The translations under genes and the position numbers were made by a program. The notes below the pieces were generated by a model. That model saw only the letters and a program-made list of their open reading frames with translations. It did no database searches and had not been told where the DNA came from. This document shows positions 45,646 to 56,264 of a DNA stretch of 56,264 nucleotides, piece by piece (positions within the stretch are counted from its first letter, which is position 1; each line of letters opens with the position of its first letter). This stretch comes from Coniocarpon cinnabarinum (taxonomy: Eukaryota): contig JAVECO010000157.1 of the NCBI GenBank assembly GCA_051942205.1, positions 1 through 56,264 on the forward strand. Direction: 5' to 3'.

Positions 45646-48600
45646 ATGTCTCGGCCGACGTCCTCCGGCCACACTCCCAACTACATTGCCCACCCTAGGT
45701 CTGCCGCTATCGATTTTGCTCAACGTCCTGGCGAACGCTACGAGTCGCCTGCGGTGACGTCCAGTCTGGACAACCATCGTAGCAGTTCTGGGGATAGCAA
45801 TCCCCAGCAGTGGTTCGACAAAGCGAACAACAACCCGAGGGAAAGTAATGCATTTCATGCGGATCGTAAGTTCCAACTTGATGACCTTCGCCGCTCCCGC
45901 CGTCTACTGACACTGCCCATAGACGGCGCACCTTTTCACATCCAAGACACATCTCGACAAGGATCCCAAGCTCCTCCTCCCCCGACTCAACACGCCTTCC
46001 CAGCTTCCATGATGCTCCCTTTCCGCAACATGCCGCAGCATACACCAGTACAAGACGAGCATCTGGAGGATTACCGCAGTGTCATCGACGATTTGACCAT
46101 TCGCAATAAGATCCTGAAAGCAAAGCTCAAGCAGTACGAGCGAGCAGCTTCGGCAGTAGACTCGGATAAGCTCTTTGAAATCAAAATACATGGCCTATCT
46201 CCCATTAAGAAACGGGAGCTCGAAGAGACGCTCAAGACTTTTGTGCGCAATCTTGATCAGCCAACTGTTCCTGCTAATGGTAACTCGCCGCCATCTGAAA
46301 CGACAAACCTCGCTGCTCTCTCCACAATCGCAAAGCCGGGCTCTTCGCACACCTCAACCAAATTTGCTGACTCCGGCTATGGCTCGATGACAGCATCCAA
46401 TCAAGGCCTGTCCCAACGAGGTCCCAAGAAACCTGTCAACGGCGCCACGCGCATCAACAACGGTGTTGAAGCGTCAAGAGCACGGAATCGCAATATTCAG
46501 TCATACCTTCATGACATTCCGGAAGGTCTGATGCCAAGCCAAGCACCGGCTGTGATGACCGACGATTCGAAGAAGAGACTAGTCGTTTTACGACTGGAAC
46601 ATTTATTCGTCGGACGGGGTGCGGCGGCTGATGGCCATCAACAACCTATGCAGCAGCAAGAAGTGTCTCAATCTGCAGCCCGCGACGAACGAACAGCCAT
46701 TGAGGCAAAGGGTCAGCGCGCTGTGCTTGAAGGCAAGCGTGAGGCAGCCATCATGAGCAGTGACGCCGACGAGTCCCACGAGCCCATGGCAACGAAGTTT
46801 GTGGATGCGCCTGTTGCCCTGCCAAGATTCGGCTCAGAGAAGACATTGGAGCAGGGATCTGTGGAGCAACGACCGACGCGACCGCTGGACCTCGATCCAC
46901 ATCGAGCTCAAGATCCCTGCGAGAATATCAAATACCTGCGGCATCTGGGTTTTAAATTATCGGACGAGGAGGCCGACACGGTAGTGACTGGCGACAATGA
47001 CTGGCTCTACTTGAACCTTGTCATGAACATGGCCCAGCTACATACCTTGAACGTTACATCAGATCTGGTCAAAGACGCCGTCAAAGATTACAGCTCCCGC
47101 TTTGAGCTTTCACCTGACGGTCGCAAGATCAGATGGCGGACAGAGCCATTGCCACAGATTCTCCCAATCGATACCATTGCAGATCCCTCTGTGATGTCCA
47201 CAAATGTGAGCAGCAGTGGCGTTGGTAACGGCAGGAAGCGGCCTAGACCTCTCGGCCTGAACGCAAGCTCGTCCCTGGAATCTTCCGATCAGTCATCCTC
47301 CAAGAAGCAATCAGCAGTCCTTGGGAGCAGCGGCAGGTCTTACAATGTTCCGCCCTACACCGGACGGGCCGGGACCAGCGAGCTTGCTGATGACGTGGCC
47401 ATGTTTGATACGAACTCGATTCCATCCTACAATGTTGCTGAAGACCCGACCACCCACGATTCGTCCGCGTGGACGAGCTCGGGCAATCTTCTCTCGCAAG
47501 CGCAGGTTCAGCAACCTGATGACAATGGACCAATCGTGTTCTACCGGAAACAAAACTTCTTCACTGATATGACTGGAGACCGTGGGAAGCCGGCTCACGT
47601 TGATCGGTCTAGCTATCAGTTGCAAGCGATGCGTCCTCTTGGCGCACGGGTTCCGAGTCTGTCACGTGAGAATTCGACCAACGACTCGTTGAGTGTACCG
47701 ATTCAAACCGCTGCGTCACATGCGTCCCTGGATGTCAACGCGGATTCCAACAGCAATCACGACAAACATAGCGTTCGCTCGGACGGTCGCCATGTCTCCT
47801 TTGCCGACACGCTCGAGCCATATACGTTTCATGCGTCGGGCATTGGCTGCACTTACCCCGCTGATAATTTTGCCATGTACGTCACGAGAGAGTTTGAAGA
47901 AGATGAAGCTCCACCCGTCAAGCGCCGTCGAATTGCGCGAGTCGCAGAAGCCATCCCACAGTCGATGACACAAGCGAAGACATCCATCCTGGACACCATT
48001 ACGTCGGTCAAAGGTCAAATGCTCGAACCCTCGCCACTTCCACCACCGATGTTTGCCGTCAGCGTTGATGGATCGGAGGCCGGCTCCGATGATGAAGAGC
48101 ACGAAGAGTCGAGCTACGAGTACACGGAAGATTCTTCCCAGGAGGAGCTCGAAGCGATGCACATTGTCCCACCGTCGGAGGAGCCCACCGACGACGGCAA
48201 GCTGCCAGACGCCGACGATGTCAATGCCCTTCATGCTGAAGTTGACGACGATGAGATTGACGACGTCCCATCCATGGTGTCGGAAGTTGACTCGGAACCA
48301 GCGGAGGACCAGCCCGCTCCTGTTCAGCGTCCAGTCAGCCGCCTTGAGACCGTCTCGAGCAGTCGAACCGGCCGCTCGGAGTCGCGCAACTCCCGCGCTG
48401 CGCAAAGTCGAAGCCCCAGCGTTGATTTGCTTGCTACGGCGCGGCAGGCGGATCCTCAAGCTATTCGTGAGCGGGAACGCGAATACGACGCTGAGCTTGC
48501 TGAACGACTGGCGGAGGAGATGCCCGCCGGTAGCAGTGCTGCTACTTGCGGCGGCCAGCCTGGGAGTGGGAATAACAGTCCGACGCGTGCGGGGATGCGG

Positions 48601-48666
48601 CGCATGTACGTTGATGACGACGTGGATGACGAAGAGGACGCGGAGGACGGCAGTGTCTCCAGCTGA
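45646..48666 (+). CDS. frq: Circadian clock protein FREQUENCY; in-frame 57-nt intron 45866-45922; alternative in-frame ATG at 45571
   Basis: QQWFDKANNNP, coiled coil DYRSVIDDLTIRNKILKAKLKQY, DKLFEIKIHGLSPIKKRELEETL, DSGYGSM, FCD1 KKRLVVLRLEHLF, EQRPTRPLDLDPHR, FCD2 WLYLNLVMNMAQLHTLNVT, ASGIGCTYPADNF and acidic PEST regions. Confidence 0.95.
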   Translation: MSRPTSSGHTPNYIAHPRSAAIDFAQRPGERYESPAVTSSLDNHRSSSGDSNPQQWFDKANNNPRESNAFHADRKFQLDDLRRSRRLLTLPIDGAPFHIQDTSRQGSQAPPPPTQHAFPASMMLPFRNMPQHTPVQDEHLEDYRSVIDDLTIRNKILKAKLKQYERAASAVDSDKLFEIKIHGLSPIKKRELEETLKTFVRNLDQPTVPANGNSPPSETTNLAALSTIAKPGSSHTSTKFADSGYGSMTASNQGLSQRGPKKPVNGATRINNGVEASRARNRNIQSYLHDIPEGLMPSQAPAVMTDDSKKRLVVLRLEHLFVGRGAAADGHQQPMQQQEVSQSAARDERTAIEAKGQRAVLEGKREAAIMSSDADESHEPMATKFVDAPVALPRFGSEKTLEQGSVEQRPTRPLDLDPHRAQDPCENIKYLRHLGFKLSDEEADTVVTGDNDWLYLNLVMNMAQLHTLNVTSDLVKDAVKDYSSRFELSPDGRKIRWRTEPLPQILPIDTIADPSVMSTNVSSSGVGNGRKRPRPLGLNASSSLESSDQSSSKKQSAVLGSSGRSYNVPPYTGRAGTSELADDVAMFDTNSIPSYNVAEDPTTHDSSAWTSSGNLLSQAQVQQPDDNGPIVFYRKQNFFTDMTGDRGKPAHVDRSSYQLQAMRPLGARVPSLSRENSTNDSLSVPIQTAASHASLDVNADSNSNHDKHSVRSDGRHVSFADTLEPYTFHASGIGCTYPADNFAMYVTREFEEDEAPPVKRRRIARVAEAIPQSMTQAKTSILDTITSVKGQMLEPSPLPPPMFAVSVDGSEAGSDDEEHEESSYEYTEDSSQEELEAMHIVPPSEEPTDDGKLPDADDVNALHAEVDDDEIDDVPSMVSEVDSEPAEDQPAPVQRPVSRLETVSSSRTGRSESRNSRAAQSRSPSVDLLATARQADPQAIREREREYDAELAERLAEEMPAGSSAATCGGQPGSGNNSPTRAGMRRMYVDDDVDDEEDAEDGSVSS

Positions 48667-49435
48667 GAGGTCTGCTTATGGTCATGGTCGTGGGTGTGGG
48701 TAGGGGTGTGAATACTAATGAGATGATGACATGCCTCTGAAGGACGCCAATGAAAGACGGCTTGGGGAAAGGGAAAAATGAAGGGATTAGGAGACAGAAG
48801 CGCATAGCATGAGCTGGCATGGCATAGCGTGCATAGCGTTGTTTATATAGCCGCCGATACAAGGCGCTCATGAACTTGTATACATATCAAAAACGAATAA
48901 TGAATGCGTTGGCATCCCGAAAAATGAGAAATGCGCAATAGCTCTTTATCTTGCCTTACCACCACCATAATCATCATCATCATGAATTTGCACACGCACT
49001 GTGTCCACCTCTGGAGTTTCCCTGACTTGAATTTCCTCGGCTTTTAAAGATGACTTGAAGACGCTGCACGCTGCTGTGCTGTCGACTGAATATGGATGCT
49101 CGTCCCGCCTCCAGTTGAAGGAGTAAAGCGGGTGCACGTTTGCTCTATTTTGTTCTATCCGTTCCCAGCCTATCCCAATCTATCTCGAACACGTCAAAAA
49201 AAGCAAAAACCAAGCACGTTGCTGAACAGACCACACTCCTCACCTTCGTTTCGTCTTTCTTTTCCCCAAGGTCGCCTTTCCCAGCCTCTGCCGTTTTTTC
49301 AGGTTCATCTTTGGTAATGAGACGCCACCCCAGGCCCTTTTATGCTTCCTCCCTGAGTCGCTCTCGCCTTCATCGCCAGCCCTGTATCCCGAGCGTGTAC
49401 TCTACAATCTGGATGCACGACGGCTGAGACTCGGC

Positions 49436-51364
49436 TCACAACTTCCCGTTCACGTCCGTCTCCCCGTTCAGCAACTCTTCGAGCTCCTGATGCACCAGAT
49501 CCCGTTCTTTCGCCGGATCATACATCCTTTCCTCAATATACCGATCCAAATCGGCATCACTCAAATGCCTCAAACTCATTTCGCGATCTACGTTTTCTTT
49601 CTGTGCTGCACGAATGACATGGCGCGTCACTCTGACACTCACTTCCCGAATGCGACTCACGTCGGGATACAGCCACTGCGCTTTTGTCTCGGCGTCGTTC
49701 AGACTCTGGCTGAGACCATCGCCAGAGGCGTAGATCATGTCGTCTGTGACGTTTACCGCTTTGCTGAGAATGGCACCGAGACCAATGCCCGGGAAGACGT
49801 ACATGTTGTTCCCTTGGCCGGGTGTGAGTTTCTGCCCTTTCCACTCGAGTTCGGGGAACGGGGAGCCTGATGCAAAAAGACACCGGCCGTCGGTCGCTTT
49901 GACCGCGTCTTCGAAATTGCATTCGGAGTTCGCGGAGGGGTTCGAAAGGGGAAAAATGACGGGTTTATCGTTGAGCTCGCCCATGCGCTTGAGGATGGGT
50001 GTGGTGAAGGCGCCGCCGATGGTGCTGAGACCCATCAGAATCGTCGGCTTCACGTACTCGATCCCTTCTTCAAGGGATTTGACCTGTTTGCCGTCGTTGT
50101 CGTTTCGAGCAAAGTAGATCTTATGGTCCGCGAGTTTGTCGCCCCGATCCATGGTCACCATCCCCTTGGAGTCGAAGAGGTAAAAGATCTTCTTTGCTTC
50201 GTCTTCGGTGAGACCGCCTTCTTTCATGAAGTAGACGGCGAGTTGCTTCGCGACGCCGACGCCGGCACTGCCTGCGCCGAGGAAGACGGCGCGTTGGTCT
50301 TGAGGACGGATACCCGTGGATTTAACGGCGTTGATGAAGCCGCCGAGAATCACGGCGCCGGTGCCTTGCACGTCATCGTTGAACATGGTGTAAGTATGTT
50401 GATAGCGCTCCAAGGCCGGGAAGGGGTTCTTGAAGTCCTCGTACTGGATTACAATGCCCGGCCATTTCTCCGTCAAAGCCGCCATCATCTCGTCGAGGAA
50501 TTCGCGCTCTTCCTCGGCGGTGACCTTCGGGCGACGACTCCCCATGTAGAGCGGGTCATTTCGGAACTTCTCATTGGACGTGCCGAGATCGAGACACAGT
50601 GGGAGGGTGGCATCTGGGCGAATACCAGCACAGGCGGTGTATAATGCGAGCTTGCCGACGGGGATGCCCATGCCGTTGATGCCGAGGTCGCCGAGGCCGA
50701 GGATGCGGGAGCCATCCGTCACGACGGTGATTTCGACATGCTTGGGCCAGTTGTCGATGACCGAGTGGATGTGGCCTTTGTCTTTGTCGGAAAGATAGAG
50801 ACCTTCGGGCTGGGTGTAGATTTCAGACCACTTGAGGCATGCTTCGCCGACGGTGGGGGTGTATATCAGTGGGGTGATTTCCTGTTGAGGTGTGAGCTCG
50901 GCTGTGTCAGTGTATTGCGGGTGTCCGAGCGGTCAGACCTTGACGTTGCCGGCGAGAAGTCGGTAGAAGAGGTGGACATTCGTGGCTTTCAGCCAGGTGA
51001 GGTATTGGAATTTTTCTAGTGGTTTTGATTTCAAGCGGAGGATTTGGAGACCTGCGGGTATTTCGTGAGCATGTCTGGTCCACGAAGATCGAAGACGAAT
51101 ATATGCATACATCGTTGGAGCTGGGTGTCAAAGTCCTCGACCACGGGCGGGGTGAGGCCGTAGGTATGGAGGAACTTGCGTACTCGGAAGGGCAGCGAGG
51201 TGTCGAAGTCTGAGCTGAGGTCTGGCTGATGTTGAGGTGCGTGGCTGGCACCATTGGTCAGCCCGGGGTCAATGGATGGATGTTGAGAAAGCTTACTGGA
51301 CGTGGGTCGTGTGATGGTGCTTAACGTTGGGAAGGGGAGGCTGGACCTCCGCTTTGGAAGACAT
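49436..51364 (-). CDS. Malic enzyme (NAD(P)-dependent, decarboxylating); introns 51245-51296, 51052-51110, 50882-50938
   Basis: TPLIYTPTVGEAC, VVTDGSRILGLGDLG, IQYEDF, FNDDVQGTG, GAGSAGVG, FPLSNP, FASGSPF and GQGNNMYVFPGIG. Confidence 0.95.
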
Positions 51365-53335
51365 GGCGCGGCAGAGCAGGCGAGTGACGGGCGAGAGAGC
51401 TTGTTGTACAGAAGAGCGGTGGAAAGCAACGAAGGATGAAGGACAAGGGACCAGTGTCTTCATATAAAGGACATGCGGAGCGGACGGAGCCGATAGGGAG
51501 CTACTACCAGCTACCTAAGCACCGAGCAGCAGCAGCAGCAGCAGCAAGCGAGCGATAGGAGGACGAGTAGGGTTCAAGAACGGCGTAGGCGACGGAGGTT
51601 TTAGGAAGCCAGCATTGGGGAGAGTGGTGCAGGTGGTGGCATGGGCGATGGGCGGTTTGTAGAGCCGGGAAATACGAAAGGAGGTTGTGGGAGGGCACAG
51701 GTAGGTAGGTACCTGAGGTAGAGAAGAGGTTCGCCCCGAGCTGTGTAGAAACGACAAGTGCGAGGAGACCCGAGCAGGCCGGTCTCGAGCATGCAAGCCT
51801 CCAGCCAGCCAGCCAGTCAGCCAGCTCAGCACTTGTTGCAGCTCGCGGCTGGTTGCATCTGGAGATGGTGTCTGGTGGTGTCTGGGGATGTGCGTGGGGA
51901 GGGTGGGAGTGGGAGTTCGCCATCTTCACCACCCACCACGCATTTACGCCGGACCCTGGTCTGCGGATCACTTGGCGATGAACTTGTCGGAACTATCGAG
52001 GGACGTATACATGAACGAACGGAAGCGTCGGCAATGTCCTCAAAGCGTATGTAAATCGCATCAACCTGGGGGATCGAAGCTCGGAGCTGGAGCGTTGACT
52101 GGACCACGTCAACAAGATATCGCGATCAGTCCGAGGAGGTGGAGGATGTTTTTTCCCAGAGCAGCACAGCCAGTGGATCCGCCGCCATTGGAAGCGACCC
52201 AGCAAGAGAAAAGAGAGAGAGAGGTTGAATGTCGCGTGGCAGCCCCAGTGACGTTTTGGCCCCCAGCGGGCTTGGCACTGTAAGGCTACCTGTAGTCGCC
52301 ACGTAGCGCGCGCTTCATTCCATTCCTAAGGCAAGCTGTCTTGGTGGCAACTTGATGTTTCATCCCGTCTGACCTCGCCCTCTAGATCTAATTCGTACTG
52401 TACCGGGTACGACCTGGTCAAAGGTCACGCCTAAGTCTCATTGACCGCGTTGGGAACGGAACCTCCTTCCAGCCCTTGCTCTGGGTTTGGTCTGTCACTC
52501 CTTCGCTCGTACTTGGTCCTCCGGGGAGGAGGCATGCTGGGTTGACGCGTCTGCTCTCATGGCCTATGGTATCTACTGATGTTCTGAAAGTGAGTTCACG
52601 TCTGCCATGTATCTGGGACACTCTTCACTCCCTGTCTCCTTCCCTGGGGTGTCGGCATATTTGCGTGGCCCCGGCAATTCGAGGTCATTCGTGATGGTGT
52701 TCTGACCCAATGCACGATGGCCTTCGTATGCAAGGTACCTCGACGCAGTCAGTGAGACACTTTGCTCGTGTGTCAGCTTCATATAATGACGCTGGGAGCG
52801 AACCATGTCCCGCTCGTTACCTGGGTGGTTTTGTGATGGGTTTCCTGGGGCCTGTGAGGTGTTCAGTTGCATTGAAATTGCAGACCGGTTCTGAGCCTTT
52901 CGTATCCCCCTTCTGTCTCCACATGATCATGTGATGCAGGCAGGATGATAGTGACGGTGCACACACGTTCGCTGCTTGCTTTGTGTGATGTGTACCCATT
53001 TTGGTGCAGACCTCGCAAAATTGCTTGTACTGACATTTTTCGTTGCAGAAAGACAACTTCTCGCCGTTTACATTCATCTAACCCTCGTCGTCAGCTAGCC
53101 AGTCTACCAGACCACCGGTGTGATTTGGCGTAAAGGGAAGGCGCAACGAAGCGATCTGCGGGCAGACCGCTCTTCACAAGGTCGCCATTGACCTTCACCG
53201 CCGCTGTGCCTTGAGCAACCTGACGAACCCTGACTACCAATGGTGCCTTGTATCACGTGTGCTGAGAACACTCTGTGACTCAAGCCGTTCCCTCTGAAGA
53301 TATTCTCTCTACGCAAGTATTGACATTGTGCCAAA

Positions 53336-55585
53336 ATGTCTATCTGTCCATGCCTTGGGTCCCGCCGACCTAATCTCAACAATTCCCAGCAGTCATTGCT
53401 GCCGCTCTACGAACATGACACCGACCGTGAGCAGCGCTTGCATGAAAAGCTTCATTCATATCAGATGCTTCGTGCAATGACTCAAGGCTTCATGCCCTCG
53501 AACGAGCAGCTCATCGTCAATCTCCGTACTCTGCTTGCTTCCGACTTTCTCAATCCGGAGGACTCCTCTTTGAGCGATTCTGGTCGTCTTTTGATGAAAC
53601 ACACCAAGCAGCTCATTCTCTCCCTCATCGACACCTTCCAGCACAAAAACTCCTCTGATGAGTTACAAGACCTCATCTGGTTTCTCACAAGATCGCGAGT
53701 CACTTTGGACACTACCGATATTGTGAACAGGGCAACGAGAGCGAAGAGAAAAGCTAATACCGCTGCAGCGTATGAGAGTGCGCGCACCGTTGGTACACTA
53801 CTGCTGCAGAGCTCTGATTTCCGTCTCTTTCTCGGCGACTTGCAGATGATTGGGAAGGAGGTGTTCCGAGACTCTGCGTACACAGCATCGAAGGTGGCTG
53901 AAGACGCTGGTGAACGTGTTGCGCCTAAGAGCTTACCACCTGATGAAGGTGCGGTTGCTCAAGCTGACGCGCAGGATCCGCCAACGAAGCAAGAACTCGC
54001 AGGCAGTCTGCAGGAGGTCAAGCATACCCTTGGCCAAGGCGCTGCGCAAGTCGGTAGCAGAACGATTCAGAGCACTGCGGAGCATGTGACAAAAGATGAT
54101 CGTCGCATACTCGTGCAAAGGCTTCGGGCTGCTGTGTCCAACTTGAGGCAACGACCTAACTACACAGATTCCGTCTCGACATTGACCTTACTACTGCAGC
54201 GCTATCTCTTTGTCTACTCTCGCATGGTCTCTAATACCATCAACGTCATAGAAGACGATACACATGAGAACCAAGAGATGGACGAGGCGTTGAAAGATCT
54301 TGGTACTTTGCTTCAAAGGTTCGGCGATCCCAAGGAGTGGAAAATTCTGCAGGAAAAATTTACCAAACTTCTCAATGAGCGAAAGGAGTCTCCAGACCTT
54401 GAGAAGCTCATTCACGACATTGCGGAGGCTGTGAACCGCATGCTCACGGATCCGGCCTTCTACGACGGCGATAACGCGAAACAAGAAGTTCAGCGTATTC
54501 GTGATGACTCTCGAATGTCAAAGCATGGATCCTCTTTCTCGGATGATGTCGAAGGTGTTCTCCACCAAATTCGGAGAACAGCGTATTCGGTCTATACTGA
54601 CAAGGACGTTGCAAGCGTACTCACTCCCGCTCATAAAATCCTCGACATCTTCTCGCCAGAAAACGCCTATATCAACAAAGACTTACTGCACGATGCTTTG
54701 AACGTGTTCATTCCTCGCCTTATCAATGCGATACAATACCTTCCCATACCACGTCTGGAGCTTGCTGTACCAGAACTCGATCTACTTCTCGAAAACCTCA
54801 TCCTCGAGCCGGGCGTTACTGTGAACGGCACCTCGTTCTTACCCTTCCGATTCCGCGTAGAGTCATACAACGCCGTGGAGCTACGCAAGACTGTCACTAA
54901 CACCGTCTCCAGCACAACATCACTGTTCACAGTCAAAATTGATGGCCTATCGCTCCGAGCCGATGACCTCGGCTACTGGATTAACACACACAGCGGCTTG
55001 TTGCGCTTCGTCGACGAGGGTCTCGCTTCGTTCCATCTTGATGAGAGAGGCATTGACATCCACCTCGATGTCGAAGTCGGCAAGGACCGACTAGAGAGCA
55101 TCCTATCGCTCAAAGCCGTCCGCGTCCGTATCCATCACCTCGACTTTACGCTTCGCAAAAGCAAAATGTCTTTCCTCGCAACACTTGCGAAACCGCTGCT
55201 CAGGCCGATCATCCGGAAGACGATTGAAAGCCAACTTGCAAATGCCATTGCAGACTTCTTCCACGCAGCAAATCGCGAGCTGCTCTTTGCGCGGGAGCGC
55301 CTTCGCGCAACTCGCATCGCCGATCCAGACGATCTCATGACGTTCTTCAAAGCGGTTGCGGCGAGGCTCAAGCCGGCTGACGATCCAGACGTGTATGTGC
55401 GACTGGGTGTGCAGCAGCCCGGTCAAGGTGTCTTCAAGGGCCGATATGCGCCGGGCAGCATGGCGAAGCTTTGGGAAGAGGAGGGGCGCAGAGCCAGAGA
55501 GCGGATCGATGACTTTGAGAAGGGTGGGTGGCGGAATGGGATCTTTGATTTGAAGGTTGCGGCTGTAAATGGGGAGAGGGCGTAG
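53336..55585 (+). CDS. Fungal HAM1-like / DUF4449-type protein with BPI/TULIP-like C-terminal region
   Basis: 749-aa intronless ORF with MPSNEQLI, YLPIPRLELAVPELDLLLENLIL and a beta-rich C-terminal region. The family call is from recalled motifs only. Confidence 0.65.
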   Translation: MSICPCLGSRRPNLNNSQQSLLPLYEHDTDREQRLHEKLHSYQMLRAMTQGFMPSNEQLIVNLRTLLASDFLNPEDSSLSDSGRLLMKHTKQLILSLIDTFQHKNSSDELQDLIWFLTRSRVTLDTTDIVNRATRAKRKANTAAAYESARTVGTLLLQSSDFRLFLGDLQMIGKEVFRDSAYTASKVAEDAGERVAPKSLPPDEGAVAQADAQDPPTKQELAGSLQEVKHTLGQGAAQVGSRTIQSTAEHVTKDDRRILVQRLRAAVSNLRQRPNYTDSVSTLTLLLQRYLFVYSRMVSNTINVIEDDTHENQEMDEALKDLGTLLQRFGDPKEWKILQEKFTKLLNERKESPDLEKLIHDIAEAVNRMLTDPAFYDGDNAKQEVQRIRDDSRMSKHGSSFSDDVEGVLHQIRRTAYSVYTDKDVASVLTPAHKILDIFSPENAYINKDLLHDALNVFIPRLINAIQYLPIPRLELAVPELDLLLENLILEPGVTVNGTSFLPFRFRVESYNAVELRKTVTNTVSSTTSLFTVKIDGLSLRADDLGYWINTHSGLLRFVDEGLASFHLDERGIDIHLDVEVGKDRLESILSLKAVRVRIHHLDFTLRKSKMSFLATLAKPLLRPIIRKTIESQLANAIADFFHAANRELLFARERLRATRIADPDDLMTFFKAVAARLKPADDPDVYVRLGVQQPGQGVFKGRYAPGSMAKLWEEEGRRARERIDDFEKGGWRNGIFDLKVAAVNGERA

Positions 55586-55975
55586 TGGTATAAGCATCTT
55601 GAGACCTCGGCTTCAAAGTGAGAGGAAATATCCTGGGTTGTAGTGGGAAGCATGATTGTATGAATACTTGTGTATATCTAAGCTGGTATGCTGCTGCATC
55701 AGTATTGTACTCATCATAGCCAAATACATTGCCTGCAGCTGGTGTCCTTTCAACCTAGCCAACTCCGAAAGGAATTGTATTCGTTGCACCAGCTGTAAAG
55801 CATGCTTCGCACTGCAGAGACTCATCACATCGATTGCATCACTCTCAAAGCCTCTTGCGCTTCATTTCCAACCTTGAGTTTCGTCCTCATCAGGCCCGTT
55901 GCAAGTTCCAAGCCTCCGCCGGCTATTTCACTAAAACCCACCATCACTGTCCACTATCACTGTCCACTATCCGCC

Positions 55976-56188
55976 TCACCAACAGGATGACTCAGCTCCC
56001 TCCCGCGTCCGGCCAACCACGCAATAAAAAGCAGACTCGACCGTAACGCCCCGTCCCATTTCTGAGATCAATCCCTCCACCACTTCGGCGCGATCGGGCA
56101 TCCGATCGCCCAGATCTTGCGTCCCGGCTATGGTGCTGAGGCCCCAGGCTTGGCGGTGGGAATTTTGCATTTGGAGGGTTTCGTTTGC
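55976..56188 (-). CDS. Last exon of a gene running off the window end (possibly a methyltransferase-like protein)
   Basis: CTAAC...CAG acceptor at 56189-56206 on the minus strand opens in frame into ANETLQMQNSHRQAW...AFYCVVGRT; product uncertain. Confidence 0.4.
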   Translation of the reverse strand, partial: ANETLQMQNSHRQAWGLSTIAGTQDLGDRMPDRAEVVEGLISEMGRGVTVESAFYCVVGRTREGAESSCW

Positions 56189-56264
56189 CTGGATGTTTTG
56201 TGTTAGTGTTTCTTTTGAGTGAGTTTTGGATGGGTTGGAAAGGCGATGGGGATGGGGATGGGGA

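Noticed and set aside
49436..49447. C-terminal GKL of malic enzyme as a PTS1 signal
   Set aside because: Weak variant with an acidic upstream context; cannot be supported from sequence alone.
51504..52283. Overlapping ORFs and short (GCA)n/(CCAG)n repeats upstream of malic enzyme
   Set aside because: Low-complexity promoter DNA; the ORFs look spurious.
1..56264. Transposons, CRISPR arrays, RIP-mutated AT-rich blocks or a secondary-metabolite cluster
   Set aside because: No transposase/RT motifs, terminal repeats, spacer arrays or AT-rich blocks were seen, and there is no PKS/NRPS/terpene synthase gene in the window.

Overview
Gene-dense eukaryotic DNA from a filamentous ascomycete (Pezizomycotina), judged from short GT-AG introns with CTRAC branch points and the gene content. 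About 24 protein-coding genes are supported: TRI12-like MFS transporter, CBM1-GH6 cellobiohydrolase, two tandem CheD/CNF1-like Cys-His paralogs, SCI1-like protein, NHP6, SEC11, APC amino-acid permease, PER1, alpha/beta hydrolase, ISH1/MSC1, PEX14, NDC80, seipin, ATG11, a secreted App1-like protein, COQ9, the clock gene frq, malic enzyme, a HAM1-like protein and several hypotheticals. The standout is a tRNA-Ala(UGC) gene at 16318-16447. Its D-loop is interrupted by a 58-nt insert with all the signals of a U2-type spliceosomal intron (GTATGT ... CTAAC ... CAG), and removing it yields a 72-nt cloverleaf. Other points of interest: the tandem deamidase-like genes, whose shared intron has a GC donor in one copy and GT in the other; a candidate alternative last exon of ATG11 with a WxxL motif; White-Collar-type elements in the COQ9/frq divergent promoter; and a recurrent ATCACGTGAT palindrome. 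All family calls come from recalled motifs, not database searches, and exon boundaries were read by eye.
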